A DNA stretch of 64,000 bases from an uncultured Ruminococcus sp. GTDB taxonomy: Bacteria > Bacillota > Clostridia > Oscillospirales > CAG-272. Below are positions 1-10,425 of this stretch, in pieces. The notes beneath the pieces are model-generated. The model was not told the DNA's origin. It saw only the letters and a list, made by a program, of their open reading frames with translations, and ran no database searches. The stretch covers positions 62,236-126,235 of the forward strand of contig CADBKZ010000002.1 in the NCBI GenBank assembly GCA_902795355.1, written 5' to 3'. Numbering within the stretch: position 1 is the stretch's first letter; the number at the start of each line of letters is the position of its first letter. The position numbers and the translations under genes were made by a program.

Positions 1-807
1 GGTGACTTCCAGCGTGCGGTCGTCGGCCACCCGCAAACAATCCTCGGGAACGGCTCCGATCAGGGTTTTTGCCAGAAGCGCGTCGTTGACATGCAAAAGG
101 TAGGTCACCGAATCCGGCGCGGTGGCCGAAACCATTTCCTCAATGGATTTCACGCTCTGCAAAACGCCGTCGGTAATAATGCCCACGCGGTCGCACATCA
201 TCTCCATCTCGCTCATCAGGTGGCTCGAAACCAGAACCGAAATTCCCTCTTCGTGCGCCAAGCGGCGAATGATATCGCGCAGGGCTTTGGTCCCCGCGGG
301 GTCAAGGCCGTTGGTGGGTTCGTCCAGAACGAGCAGGCGCGGGCGGTGCAGGATTGCCTGCGCCACGCCGAGCCGCTGGCGCATACCGAGCGAATATTTG
401 CTCACCTTTTCGCCAATGCGGAGATCCAGCCCCACAAGATGCACCACTTCCCGAATGCGCTCCTCGGTTACGCCCTCGTGAACGCGGGCATAGAGTTTCA
501 GGTTTTCATAGCCGGAGAGATACCCGTAAAACTCGGGATTTTCCACAATGCCGCCCACCAGCGCCATCGCCTGCTCAAACTGCCGTTTCAGGTCGTAACC
601 CGCTATGCGGATGTCGCCCTCGTCGAGCATCAGAAGCCCGACCGCGATTTTGATGGTGGTGGTTTTCCCCGCGCCGTTCGGCCCGAGGAAGCCGAACACC
701 TCGCCGCTGTACGTTTCAAAGGAAACGTCTTTGAGGATCCTGCGGTTGCCGAGCGTTTTATCCAGATGCCGGATCTGCAAAACGGGAGTTTTCATTTCGT
801 TGTTCAT
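1..807 (-). CDS. ABC transporter ATP-binding protein (3' end runs off the window, so it is absent from the ORF track)
   Basis: Own translation of the minus strand from ATG at 807: MNNEMKTPVLQIRHLDKTLGNRRILKDVSFETYSGEVFGFLGPNGAGKTTT (Walker A) ... KYSLGMRQRLGVAQAILHRPRLLVLDEPTNGLD (ABC signature plus Walker B). Reading frame stays open to base 1. ATGA overlap with the stop of the upstream gene (804-806). Confidence 0.9.
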   Translation of the reverse strand, partial: MNNEMKTPVLQIRHLDKTLGNRRILKDVSFETYSGEVFGFLGPNGAGKTTTIKIAVGLLMLDEGDIRIAGYDLKRQFEQAMALVGGIVENPEFYGYLSGYENLKLYARVHEGVTEERIREVVHLVGLDLRIGEKVSKYSLGMRQRLGVAQAILHRPRLLVLDEPTNGLDPAGTKALRDIIRRLAHEEGISVLVSSHLMSEMEMMCDRVGIITDGVLQSVKSIEEMVSATAPDSVTYLLHVNDALLAKTLIGAVPEDCLRVADDRTLEVT

Positions 808-1487
808 TCCAAAAGCCCCCCGTAACCGTAATAAAAAGAATCGTTGCCGCCGAGGTCGGTATTCATGCTGACGATATACCATTTGCCGCCCCGCCGCGCC
901 AATTCCAATTGGACGCTGACGCTGCCTCTCATGGTCCATTCCCCGTATTCGTCGCCTTTTGCGGCGGGGGAGGCGGTTGGAAACAGGTCAACGGATTTGG
1001 AAACCGGTTCGTAACCCATAACCGTCGCCGTTTGCAGGTTGACCTGCATATACACCTTCGCGCGGTTCGGCCCGTCTCCGGCCACGGTAACGTCGTCGTT
1101 TGAAATCCGCAGCTGCAGGTCGGTCAGGCGGTTCGGGTCGCCTTTTTGCCATGTAATCAATCTTTTGCGCAGCTCGGCGGCGTCCGCATATCCGCTGGAA
1201 ATGTCCTTTTCCCCTTGGCGCCAATATTGGGAAAGAACGGCTTCCAGCGCGTTGTTCTGCGCCTGTTTCTGCGCCTCGGTCAGCGGTTCGCCGCCGTTCG
1301 CGTCGCCAAGCGCGGCATTGACGTTCAGCAGGTCGGCAACATAGTTTTTGGCCAACTCGCGTATCTTCGGTTTTTCCATGCGGAAGCGCACATGCCCGAC
1401 CACCGCAAAGATCAGCAGGAACGCCAGCAACGAAAGCCCGAGCCAAAGCCCGCGGTTGGTCTTTTTCCAGAAGCGTTTCAAGAGCAT
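804..1487 (-). CDS. Hypothetical membrane-anchored protein (N-terminal TM helix, extracytoplasmic domain)
   Basis: Internal start MLLKRFWKKTNRGLWLGLSLLAFLLIFAVV of track ORF 804..1853, preceded by AAAGGGGG RBS. Translationally coupled to the downstream ABC ATPase. No family recognised. Confidence 0.6.
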   Translation of the reverse strand: MLLKRFWKKTNRGLWLGLSLLAFLLIFAVVGHVRFRMEKPKIRELAKNYVADLLNVNAALGDANGGEPLTEAQKQAQNNALEAVLSQYWRQGEKDISSGYADAAELRKRLITWQKGDPNRLTDLQLRISNDDVTVAGDGPNRAKVYMQVNLQTATVMGYEPVSKSVDLFPTASPAAKGDEYGEWTMRGSVSVQLELARRGGKWYIVSMNTDLGGNDSFYYGYGGLLE

Positions 1488-1635
1488 ACCCCCTTTTTCG
1501 GCCGCGGTTCGCGGAACCGTTTTTATACTATTATCTATCATACCATATTTCCGCGAAAAAGTCAACCCTTCCCCGCCCGTTTTGCAAATCTCCGGAAACC
1601 GAAAAAAATTTTTTAAAAAATTCGGCGGTTCTCTC

Positions 1636-1664
1636 TTGACAAAACCGATCGAATGTTGTATAAT
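1636..1664 (+). promoter_or_regulatory. Sigma-A type promoter of pyrG (TTGACA-17 nt-TATAAT)
   Basis: ttgaca at 1636-1641, 17-nt spacer, tataat at 1659-1664, about 100 nt upstream of pyrG. Confidence 0.7.
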
Positions 1665-1676
1665 GCTTCCTGTGGA

Positions 1677-1732
1677 CAAAGGCGTTCGCGGAACAAGGGG
1701 CAACCCTCGCTTCGGAACGCCTTTGCTTTTTT
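1677..1732 (+). terminator. Intrinsic terminator/attenuator inside the pyrG leader
   Basis: caaaggcgttc (1677-1687) pairs with gaacgcctttg (1715-1725), followed by cttttttg. It lies between the promoter and the pyrG RBS (aagggag). Confidence 0.65.
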
Positions 1733-1734
1733 GA

Positions 1735-3366
<1,632 letters not shown>

Positions 3367-3399
3367 GGCTTCCGTCGCCGTAAAAATTTCCGGAAACGG

Positions 3400-3428
3400 T
3401 TGCTTTTTGCGCGGAAATGTGCTAAAAT
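3400..3428 (+). promoter_or_regulatory. Candidate promoter (TTGCTT-17-TAAAAT)
   Basis: ttgctt at 3400-3405, 17-nt spacer, taaaat at 3423-3428, 30 nt upstream of the next CDS. Confidence 0.5.
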
Positions 3429-3458
3429 AAGAGAAAACTGTTTTTCGGGAGAGACGCC

Positions 3459-4451
3459 ATGAAACTGACCTTGGATCAGCTCCGCTCGGTTACGTTCGGC
3501 ACGGCGCGCGTTGCGGAAGAAAACGGCGTCGTCCGGTTCTTCCGCTTTACCAACGCGCAATCCAACGCCTATCTTGCCGCGGGGAACGACTATTTCTACA
3601 CCAAATCGTTTGCCGCCGCGGGCGTTCGTTTCGCTTTTTTCAGCAACACCTCGCGCCTTTCGTTTTCGTATACGGCCTACAAGGGGGCAAGCCGCCCGTG
3701 GTTCGGGTTTGATATTTACGCGGACAACCGGATGGTTGCGCACCGCGAATACGCCTTGGGCGAGGAACCCGCTTCATTCCGCACAGAAGCCGAACTGCCC
3801 GCGGGCGAGAAGAAAATTGAGGTCTATCTGCCGTTTTCCGCGCGGATCGACCTTTCCGACTTTTCAATTGACGACGGCGCAACGTTGACCCCCGCGCCCC
3901 GTTCCCGCACCATGTACGCCTTCGGGGATTCGATTACCCACGGCTACGACTCGCATTATCCGTCCCTTTCCTACGTCAACCGTCTGGCGTTCCTGCTGGA
4001 CGCCGACCCCGTGAACAAAGGCATCGGCGGCGACGTCTTCTTCCCCGACCTGTTGGACGAGGGCGGCGACGCCTATGACGCGCCTGATGATATTACGGTT
4101 GCCTACGGCACCAACGATTGGTCGGGTCAGTCGCGGGAGCGCACCGCGGTCGCCTGCCGCGCGTTTTACCAAAAACTCTCCCAGCGTTACCCGATGTCAA
4201 GAATCTTCGCGGTCACGCCCGTTTGGCGCGGGGACGGCGAAACCCGCGTTACCCGTTTCGGGGGCCCCCTGCGCAAAATGGATCGTCTGATTGCCGAGTG
4301 CGTGGCCGACCTGCCGAACGTTTTGCTCGTTTCGGGGGAGTTTCTGATCCCCCACGCGCCCGAGTTCTTCATTCCCGACCGTCTCCACCCCAACGAACTC
4401 GGCTTTCTCCTTTACGCCGCAAACCTTCGCGAGGAAATTCTGAAACGGTAA
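3459..4451 (+). CDS. SGNH/GDSL family hydrolase with N-terminal beta-rich domain
   Basis: 330 aa. Block I FGDSITHGY, AYGTNDW, C-terminal DRLHPN (catalytic Asp/His block). Confidence 0.8.
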   Translation: MKLTLDQLRSVTFGTARVAEENGVVRFFRFTNAQSNAYLAAGNDYFYTKSFAAAGVRFAFFSNTSRLSFSYTAYKGASRPWFGFDIYADNRMVAHREYALGEEPASFRTEAELPAGEKKIEVYLPFSARIDLSDFSIDDGATLTPAPRSRTMYAFGDSITHGYDSHYPSLSYVNRLAFLLDADPVNKGIGGDVFFPDLLDEGGDAYDAPDDITVAYGTNDWSGQSRERTAVACRAFYQKLSQRYPMSRIFAVTPVWRGDGETRVTRFGGPLRKMDRLIAECVADLPNVLLVSGEFLIPHAPEFFIPDRLHPNELGFLLYAANLREEILKR

Positions 4452-4478
4452 AACCCCGCAAACGACCCCGAAAGAAAA

Positions 4479-4517
4479 GAGCAAACGCAAAATTTCCATG
4501 CGTTTGCTCTTTTTTTG
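4479..4517 (+). terminator. Rho-independent terminator between convergent genes
   Basis: agagcaaacgc / gcgtttgctct stem followed by a T7 run. Confidence 0.8.
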
Positions 4518-4564
4518 CGGGCGGTGGTTTTGGGGGCGGAACGCCCCAAGGGGTTCCCCCGTTC

Positions 4565-5341
4565 TTACCCCAAGGCCACGTCGAGGATCATCATCGTCAG
4601 GAATCCGACCGAGAAGCAGACCGCGCCGATTTTGCTGCGCACGCCGTCCTGCATTTCGGGAACCAGCTCTTCCACAACCACATAGAACATGGCTCCCGCG
4701 GCAAAGCTCAAAAAATAGGGCATGGCGGGGGCAAGCCAAACCGCGGCGGCAAGCATAATGCCCGCGCCGAGCAGCTCGACCGCGCCCGAAAGGACGCCCA
4801 AGAGCAACGACTTTCCTTTGCCCACTCCCGCGCTCCGAAGCGGCATGGAGACAATCGCGCCCTCGGGAAAATTCTGAACGGCAATGCCAACCGAAAGAGC
4901 CATGGCCGCCGAGGCGGTCACAAGGTCGTCGCCCGTCAGAAGAGCGGCGAACACCACGCCAACGGCCATCCCTTCGGGGATGTTATGCAGGGTAACGGCG
5001 AGAACCATCATATAAACTTTGCGCAGGCGCGATTCCCCATCGCAGGCCGCCGGTTCGGTGGGCTGGGGGATTGCAACGTCCAACAGCAGCAAAAAGAAAA
5101 AACCGACGGAAAAGCCGACCGAGGCGGGCAGAAACGCGAGCTTGCCCATGCCGGACGATTGATCAATGGCGGGGAGAAGCAGACTCCACACCGAGGCGGC
5201 CACCATAACGCCGGCGGCAAAGCCCGCCATGCCGCGCTGCAAACGGCGGTTCAGCTCCCCTTTGAGCAAGAGGACGCAGAGGGCGCCGAGCGAGGTGCCG
5301 ATAAAGGGGATCAGAACCCCGAGAACTGTTTGAAAACCCAT
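4565..5341 (-). CDS. ZIP family divalent metal (zinc) transporter
   Basis: 258 aa polytopic membrane protein with HNIPEGMAVG and QNFPEGAIVSMPL motifs typical of ZupT/ZIP. Confidence 0.85.
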   Translation of the reverse strand: MGFQTVLGVLIPFIGTSLGALCVLLLKGELNRRLQRGMAGFAAGVMVAASVWSLLLPAIDQSSGMGKLAFLPASVGFSVGFFFLLLLDVAIPQPTEPAACDGESRLRKVYMMVLAVTLHNIPEGMAVGVVFAALLTGDDLVTASAAMALSVGIAVQNFPEGAIVSMPLRSAGVGKGKSLLLGVLSGAVELLGAGIMLAAAVWLAPAMPYFLSFAAGAMFYVVVEELVPEMQDGVRSKIGAVCFSVGFLTMMILDVALG

Positions 5342-5504
5342 ACTGTTTCACAAAAGCGACAAAACGGCGGTCGCTTCCTTTCCCGAATTGGGGCTTCCCT
5401 GCGGAAGCCCTTTGCTAACAGAATATGGCTTTTCGGGGCGATTCGACACAGACTTTCCGCTTTCGACCGACGCCCCGCCGCAAAACGGCGGAGCGGAGAG
5501 GGGG

Positions 5505-5987
5505 AAAGCAACAAGTGCAACCGCCCTCTCCTGCCGCTTGTGGCATAAGCTCTTCCCCGAGGGGGCTTAAAGTAACTTTGCATCAGGAGCCTCATCCGTC
5601 AGACAATCGAGGCTTTCCCGCCTCTCTGTCTGCCACCTTCTCCAATGGGAGAAGGCTCATGATGTTTGCGGACAGCGGGAAGAAAGCAGTAACAATTTAT
5701 TTCCAACGGATAGTTGCTTGAAGCCTTCCCCCAGCGGGCGGTTGCTTGAAGCCTTCCGCGAGGGGGAATGGGGGGGAACGGCCACGGCCTTGTGGATAAA
5801 GCCTTTGAGCCTTCCCCTTAGGGGAAGGTGGCTGCGTAGCAGCCGGATGAGGCTTCCGATTGCTTGTTTCTTCGCCTCGCCCTTGGGGAGAGGTGGCAGG
5901 CGAGCTTGCGAGTCTGACGGAGAGGGCTATTATCGAAGAGACGTTCAACTACCCTCTCCTGCCGCTTGCGGCATAAGCTCTTCCCCG
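5505..5987. repeat. Cluster of GC-rich hairpin repeat modules in a 740-bp non-coding gap
   Basis: The module GGAGAGGG-loop-CCCTCTCCTGCCGCTTGyGGCATAAGCTCTTCCCCG occurs twice (5505-5558 and 5918-5987; the 36-bp cores at 5523-5558 and 5952-5987 differ at 1 position). Additional hairpins ccttctccaatgggagaagg (5637-5656) and ccttccccttaggggaagg (5810-5828). Confidence 0.8.
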
Positions 5988-6014
5988 CGTTCTTTCTTTT
6001 AGAGGCGGGAGAGT

Positions 6015-6066
6015 TTGAGAGGGAGCCGCCTTTTCTTTGCGCAAAGAAAAGGGGGCTCCCTCTCAA
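6015..6066. repeat. REP-like terminator hairpin (family aagaccTTGrGrGG...CCyCyCAAactctc), copy A
   Basis: ttgagagggagcc...ggctccctctcaa palindrome directly after the stop of the minus-strand gene at 6080. Same family at 46162-46207 and 48285-48330. Confidence 0.8.
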
Positions 6067-6079
6067 GGTCTTATTCCCT

Positions 6080-9001
6080 TTATTTCCCCTCGCCGATGAC
6101 CGCGAAGAGGCTCCGCAGGCGGATCTTGACCGCGCCGAGGTTGGTAATCTCGTCGATCTTGATCTGCGTGTAGAGTTTTCCGCGGCTTTCGAGGATCGCC
6201 CGCGTTTCGTCGGTCGTCACCGCGTCCACGCCGCATCCGAACGACACGAGCTGCACCAAATGGATCGGTTGGTCGGTCGTTTCGGCAACGAACCTTGCCG
6301 CCGCGTACAGGCGGGCATGGTAGGTCCATTGGTTGAGGACCGTTGTTCCGAACGGGGCGACCTTTTGCGCCACCGCATCCTCGGTCAGAACCACCGCGCC
6401 GAGGTCGCAGAGCAGGCGGTCGATGCCGTGGTTGATTTCGGGGTCGATGTGGTAGGGTCTCCCCGCCAGCACAATGGCGGGCATGCCCTTCTCCTTGGCC
6501 AGCGCAAGGTATTCCCCGCCCTTTTGCCGAACGGCTTCCATATGCCCGTCGTAGGCGGCGTAGGCCTCTTTTGCGGCGCGTTTGGCGTCGCCGTCCGAAA
6601 CCGGAATCCCCTTTTCGGCCATCAGGCGCACGAAATGCCTGTGGAAGGTCTTTCGGTCGTGCAGGCTGATGAAGCCGTTGACGAAATTCACCGTTTCGGG
6701 AATTTTGACATTGGCTCCGATTACCGACGGATAATAGGCCACCACGGGGCAATTGTAGTGGTTGACGCCATAGCCCTCGTCCACATTGTAGCTCATGGCG
6801 GGATAGAACAGAATGTCCACCCCGCGATCCAGAAGATCCTCGATATGCCCATGGACGATCTTGGCTGGGTAGCAGGCGGTATCCGACGTTATGGTGTGCT
6901 GACCCCTGACATAGAGCGCGTGGTTGGATTCGCCCGAGACGACCACGTTATAGCCGAGGCGGTCGAAGAGCGTGTGCCAGAACGGCAGCAGTTCATAAAG
7001 GTTGAGCGCCATGGGAATACCCACCGTTGGCGCGTTGGGGTACTTCTTTTCGTTCCGGCGGTACTCCGCCAGCAGGTTGTATTTGTATTCGTAAAGGTTA
7101 TACCGCTCCTTGGCCGCGGCAAGGCGCAGCGGTTTTTCGCAGCGGTTGCCCGCGATGTAACGCCGACCGCCCGAAAAGCGGTTGATCGTCAGCCGGCAGT
7201 GGTTTGCGCAGCCGTTGCAGGTGGTGGCGGTTACTTGGTGCTCGAACGAGGCAAGCCCCGCCGCGTCGATCAGCGCGCTCTTCCCCGCAGCGGGATGCGC
7301 CATGGCGTAGAGCGCGGCTCCGTAGGCCCCCATCAGCCCCGCAACCGAGGGGCGAAGCACGTCCTTGCCGATCTCCTGCTCGAACGCGCGCAGAACCGCG
7401 TTGTTCAGGAAAGTTCCCCCCTGCACCACAATGTGGTTGCCGAGGGTTTTCGGGTTGGCGCACCGGATCACCTTATACAGCGCGTTCTTGACCACGCTGA
7501 TGGAAAGCCCCGCCGAAATGTTGGCAATGCCCGCGCCGTCCTTCTGCGCCTGCTTGACCGAGCTGTTCATGAACACGGTGCAGCGCGAACCGAGGTCCAC
7601 GGGCGAATCGGCAAACAACGCCTGCTCGGCAAACTCCCGCGGCGTGTAGCCGAGAACGCCCGCAAAGGTTTGCAGGAACGAGCCGCACCCCGAGGAGCAG
7701 GCCTCGTTGAGGAAAATGCTGTCGATCGCGCCGCCGCGGATGCGGAAGCATTTGATGTCCTGCCCGCCGATGTCGATGATGAAATCCACCTCGGGGCAGA
7801 AATGCGAAGCAGCCGTGTAATGCGCAACGGTCTCCACCACGCCGCGATCCACGCCGAACGCGCTTTGAATAATGGCCTCGCCGTAGCCCGTTACCGCCGA
7901 CCCCGCAATGCGAATGTCGGGGTATTTTTCGTAAATTCCGGTCAGATATCGGCGGATGAGCGGAACGGGGTTGCCGCTGTTGGGCAGATACATGGGAGAG
8001 AACAGGTTCCCCTCGCGGTCGCAAAGAACGGCCTTGACGGTGGTGGAACCCGCGTCGATCCCGAGGAACATTTCCCCGTTCGGCGCGTCAATCTCGCGGA
8101 TCCCGCGCGAATCGGCCTCGTGGCGGGCGAGAAATGCCTCGTATTCCCCGCGATTGGCAAAGAGCGGGCGGCAGCCCGCAAACCCGTTGCGGCTCCGATA
8201 GCCGTCCACCGTTGCGGCAAGCGATTCAAGGTCGGCCTCGGCCGCCGAGGGCGACACCGCCGCCCCGAGCGCAACGAACAGCAGCGAGTGTTCGGGGCAG
8301 GTCCCCGTAATCTTCAAAGTGTCGTCAAACGCGCGGCGCAAATAGGGGAAAAAGGTCAGCGGGCCGCCGAGATACAGCACGTTCCCCGCGATCTCGCGCC
8401 CCTGCGCCAGACCCGCAACGGTCTGGTTGACCACCGCATAAAAAATGCTGGCGGCAACGTCCTTTTTCTGCGCGCCTTGGTTGAGCAGGGGCTGAATATC
8501 CGATTTGGCGAACACGCCGCAGCGCGAGGCGATGGTGTAGAGCTTTTCGCTCTCGCCCGCCAGCTCGCCGAGTTCCTCGGGCGTCAGGTTCATCAGCTCG
8601 GCCATCTGGTCGATGAACGCGCCGGTGCCGCCCGCGCAGGTGCCGTTCATGCGCACTTCGAGCGATTCGCCGAGGAAGAGGATTTTCGCGTCCTCGCCGC
8701 CCAGCTCAATCACCGTGTCGATCTCCGGCATGCGGTCCTTGACCGCCAGACGCGTGGCGTAAACTTCCTGCACGAACGGCAGGCCGAGGTCGTTGGCAAT
8801 GCCCATGCCCGCCGACCCCGAAACGGCCAGCCGCATGGGTTCGTTCGGGTATTCTTTTGCAATGGCGCGCAACAGCGCGGCCACCATGGGCGCGATTTGC
8901 GACCGGTGGCGTTCGTAACTTGAATAAAGCAAGGCTCCGCTCTCCGAGAGCACCGCGCATTTGACGGTGGTGGAGCCGATGTCGATTCCGATTCGTTTCA
9001 A
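6080..9001 (-). CDS. BadF/BadG/BcrA/BcrD-type ATPase, double-domain 'CoA-substrate-specific enzyme activase' fused to a C-terminal uncharacterised domain
   Basis: 973 aa. Two actin-fold ATPase repeats (MKRIGIDIGSTTVKCAV..., FLGIDAGSTTVKAVL...) as in 2-hydroxyacyl-CoA dehydratase activators. Confidence 0.85.
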   Translation of the reverse strand: MKRIGIDIGSTTVKCAVLSESGALLYSSYERHRSQIAPMVAALLRAIAKEYPNEPMRLAVSGSAGMGIANDLGLPFVQEVYATRLAVKDRMPEIDTVIELGGEDAKILFLGESLEVRMNGTCAGGTGAFIDQMAELMNLTPEELGELAGESEKLYTIASRCGVFAKSDIQPLLNQGAQKKDVAASIFYAVVNQTVAGLAQGREIAGNVLYLGGPLTFFPYLRRAFDDTLKITGTCPEHSLLFVALGAAVSPSAAEADLESLAATVDGYRSRNGFAGCRPLFANRGEYEAFLARHEADSRGIREIDAPNGEMFLGIDAGSTTVKAVLCDREGNLFSPMYLPNSGNPVPLIRRYLTGIYEKYPDIRIAGSAVTGYGEAIIQSAFGVDRGVVETVAHYTAASHFCPEVDFIIDIGGQDIKCFRIRGGAIDSIFLNEACSSGCGSFLQTFAGVLGYTPREFAEQALFADSPVDLGSRCTVFMNSSVKQAQKDGAGIANISAGLSISVVKNALYKVIRCANPKTLGNHIVVQGGTFLNNAVLRAFEQEIGKDVLRPSVAGLMGAYGAALYAMAHPAAGKSALIDAAGLASFEHQVTATTCNGCANHCRLTINRFSGGRRYIAGNRCEKPLRLAAAKERYNLYEYKYNLLAEYRRNEKKYPNAPTVGIPMALNLYELLPFWHTLFDRLGYNVVVSGESNHALYVRGQHTITSDTACYPAKIVHGHIEDLLDRGVDILFYPAMSYNVDEGYGVNHYNCPVVAYYPSVIGANVKIPETVNFVNGFISLHDRKTFHRHFVRLMAEKGIPVSDGDAKRAAKEAYAAYDGHMEAVRQKGGEYLALAKEKGMPAIVLAGRPYHIDPEINHGIDRLLCDLGAVVLTEDAVAQKVAPFGTTVLNQWTYHARLYAAARFVAETTDQPIHLVQLVSFGCGVDAVTTDETRAILESRGKLYTQIKIDEITNLGAVKIRLRSLFAVIGEGK

Positions 9002-9031
9002 GCGGACTTCTCCTTTCGGGAAAATCGGGGG

Positions 9032-10339
9032 TCAGACCGTGAGCGGCTCGGCCGCCGCTTCCGCCTCGCTCTCCTGCGCCATGGCAAGCATGAGCTTGAT
9101 GCGGTTTTCCTGATTGACCCGCGACGCGCCCGCGTCGTAATCCACGGGGCAGATGTTGGCTTTCGGGTAGAGGTTGCGCAGGGTGCGGACCGTCCCCTTG
9201 CCGACGATATGGTTGGGCAGACAGCCGAACGGCTGCGCGCAGATCACGTTGTTATAGCCCTTTTCGAGCAGTTCCGCGATCTCGGCGGGGAGCAGCCAGC
9301 CTTCCCCCATTTTTACGCCGCGGCCGATCACCCGATCGCCCAGCTCGCAGATATGCGAAAACGGCGTTGGCGCAACGAACTCGGGGTACTCCCGAAGCGT
9401 TTCAATAAAGGCCCGCTCCACCCGACCGACCAATGTGGACCCCAACTTTGCCGCAATGGCGCCGCGAATGGTGCCGCCGTAGAGCCTGCGGTCGGTCTTT
9501 TGGTTATCGAACATGTATTGGAAGAACCCGAGGACCCCGGGGACCATGAACTCGCAGTTCTGCGATTCGAGGAACGCTTCCAGCCCGTTGTTGCCCAAGG
9601 GCGAATACTTGACGTAAATTTCCCCCACGATGCCGACCTTGGTCTTTTTGACGTTCAGCCGCTCCACGCGGTGGAAATCCTCGGCAATGCCGCGCAGATT
9701 CCTGCGGAACCCGCGCCCGAACAGGCCTTTGTTGCGGCGGAATTGCTCGGTCAGCTCCCGAACCCATTTGTCCACCACCGCCTGCGAGTCTCCCGCGTGC
9801 GCCTCGTAGGGCTTGACCTGATTTTTCAGCAGCATCAGCATGTCGCCGTAAATCACGGCGACAATTCCCTTTGCAAGCATCATTTTGGTAATGCGGAAGC
9901 CGCTGCTCTTCTCCATTTTGGAAAGGCTCAACGAAAGCACGGGAATATCGTCCATGCCCATGTTGTGGAGCGCCTTGCGGAGCATCCAGATGTAGTTGGA
10001 AGCGCGGCAGCCTCCGCCGGTTTGAAATTGGATGAGCGCGACCTTATGCGGGTCGTATTCGCCCGAGGCCAGCGCATAGAGCTGTTGGCCCGAAGTGCAA
10101 ATGGCGGGATAGCACATGTCGTTATGGATATGTTCCAGCCCCTTTTCGATTACGGCCTTTCCGCTATCGTGCAAAACCACGAACCGATAGCCGTACATGT
10201 GGAAGATCTCGCTGATCAGCATCATGTGAATCGGGAAAATATCGGGGGCAAGAATATCGTGCGTTTCTTTCATTTCCTTGGTGAACGGCGGGTTGGGAAA
10301 GCCGTAGTCGCAAGGCTCTTTCCGTTTCTTTTTCGCCAT
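9032..10339 (-). CDS. Acyl-CoA dehydratase activase-related / 2-hydroxyacyl-CoA dehydratase-family protein
   Basis: Internal start MAKKKRKEPCDYGFPNPPF of track ORF 9032..10852, with AGGAG RBS. 435 aa. Sits directly upstream of the activase in the same orientation. Confidence 0.7.
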   Translation of the reverse strand: MAKKKRKEPCDYGFPNPPFTKEMKETHDILAPDIFPIHMMLISEIFHMYGYRFVVLHDSGKAVIEKGLEHIHNDMCYPAICTSGQQLYALASGEYDPHKVALIQFQTGGGCRASNYIWMLRKALHNMGMDDIPVLSLSLSKMEKSSGFRITKMMLAKGIVAVIYGDMLMLLKNQVKPYEAHAGDSQAVVDKWVRELTEQFRRNKGLFGRGFRRNLRGIAEDFHRVERLNVKKTKVGIVGEIYVKYSPLGNNGLEAFLESQNCEFMVPGVLGFFQYMFDNQKTDRRLYGGTIRGAIAAKLGSTLVGRVERAFIETLREYPEFVAPTPFSHICELGDRVIGRGVKMGEGWLLPAEIAELLEKGYNNVICAQPFGCLPNHIVGKGTVRTLRNLYPKANICPVDYDAGASRVNQENRIKLMLAMAQESEAEAAAEPLTV

Positions 10340-10425
10340 GAAAGTCTCCTTTCGTGAAAATTGCAGAGGATTCTCCCCAAATCGGGGAGAATCCTCTGCC
10401 GTTGCTTTCGGAAAATGTTCGGCGG

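Noticed and set aside
91-825. 244-aa plus-strand ORF at the left edge
   Set aside because: It is antisense to an ABC transporter ATPase whose Walker A, signature and Walker B motifs read cleanly on the minus strand.
5505-5987. Repeated 36-bp cores considered as a degenerate CRISPR array
   Set aside because: Only two copies are present, about 430 bp apart, and the intervening sequence is itself made of other hairpin repeats. No cas genes are present in the window.
5966-8923. 985-aa plus-strand ORF, the longest in this region
   Set aside because: It is antisense to the activase gene (6080-9001, minus), which has clear BcrAD/BadFG ATPase motifs. The plus-strand product is Arg/Gly/Ala/Val-rich with no motifs, typical of a shadow ORF in high-GC DNA.
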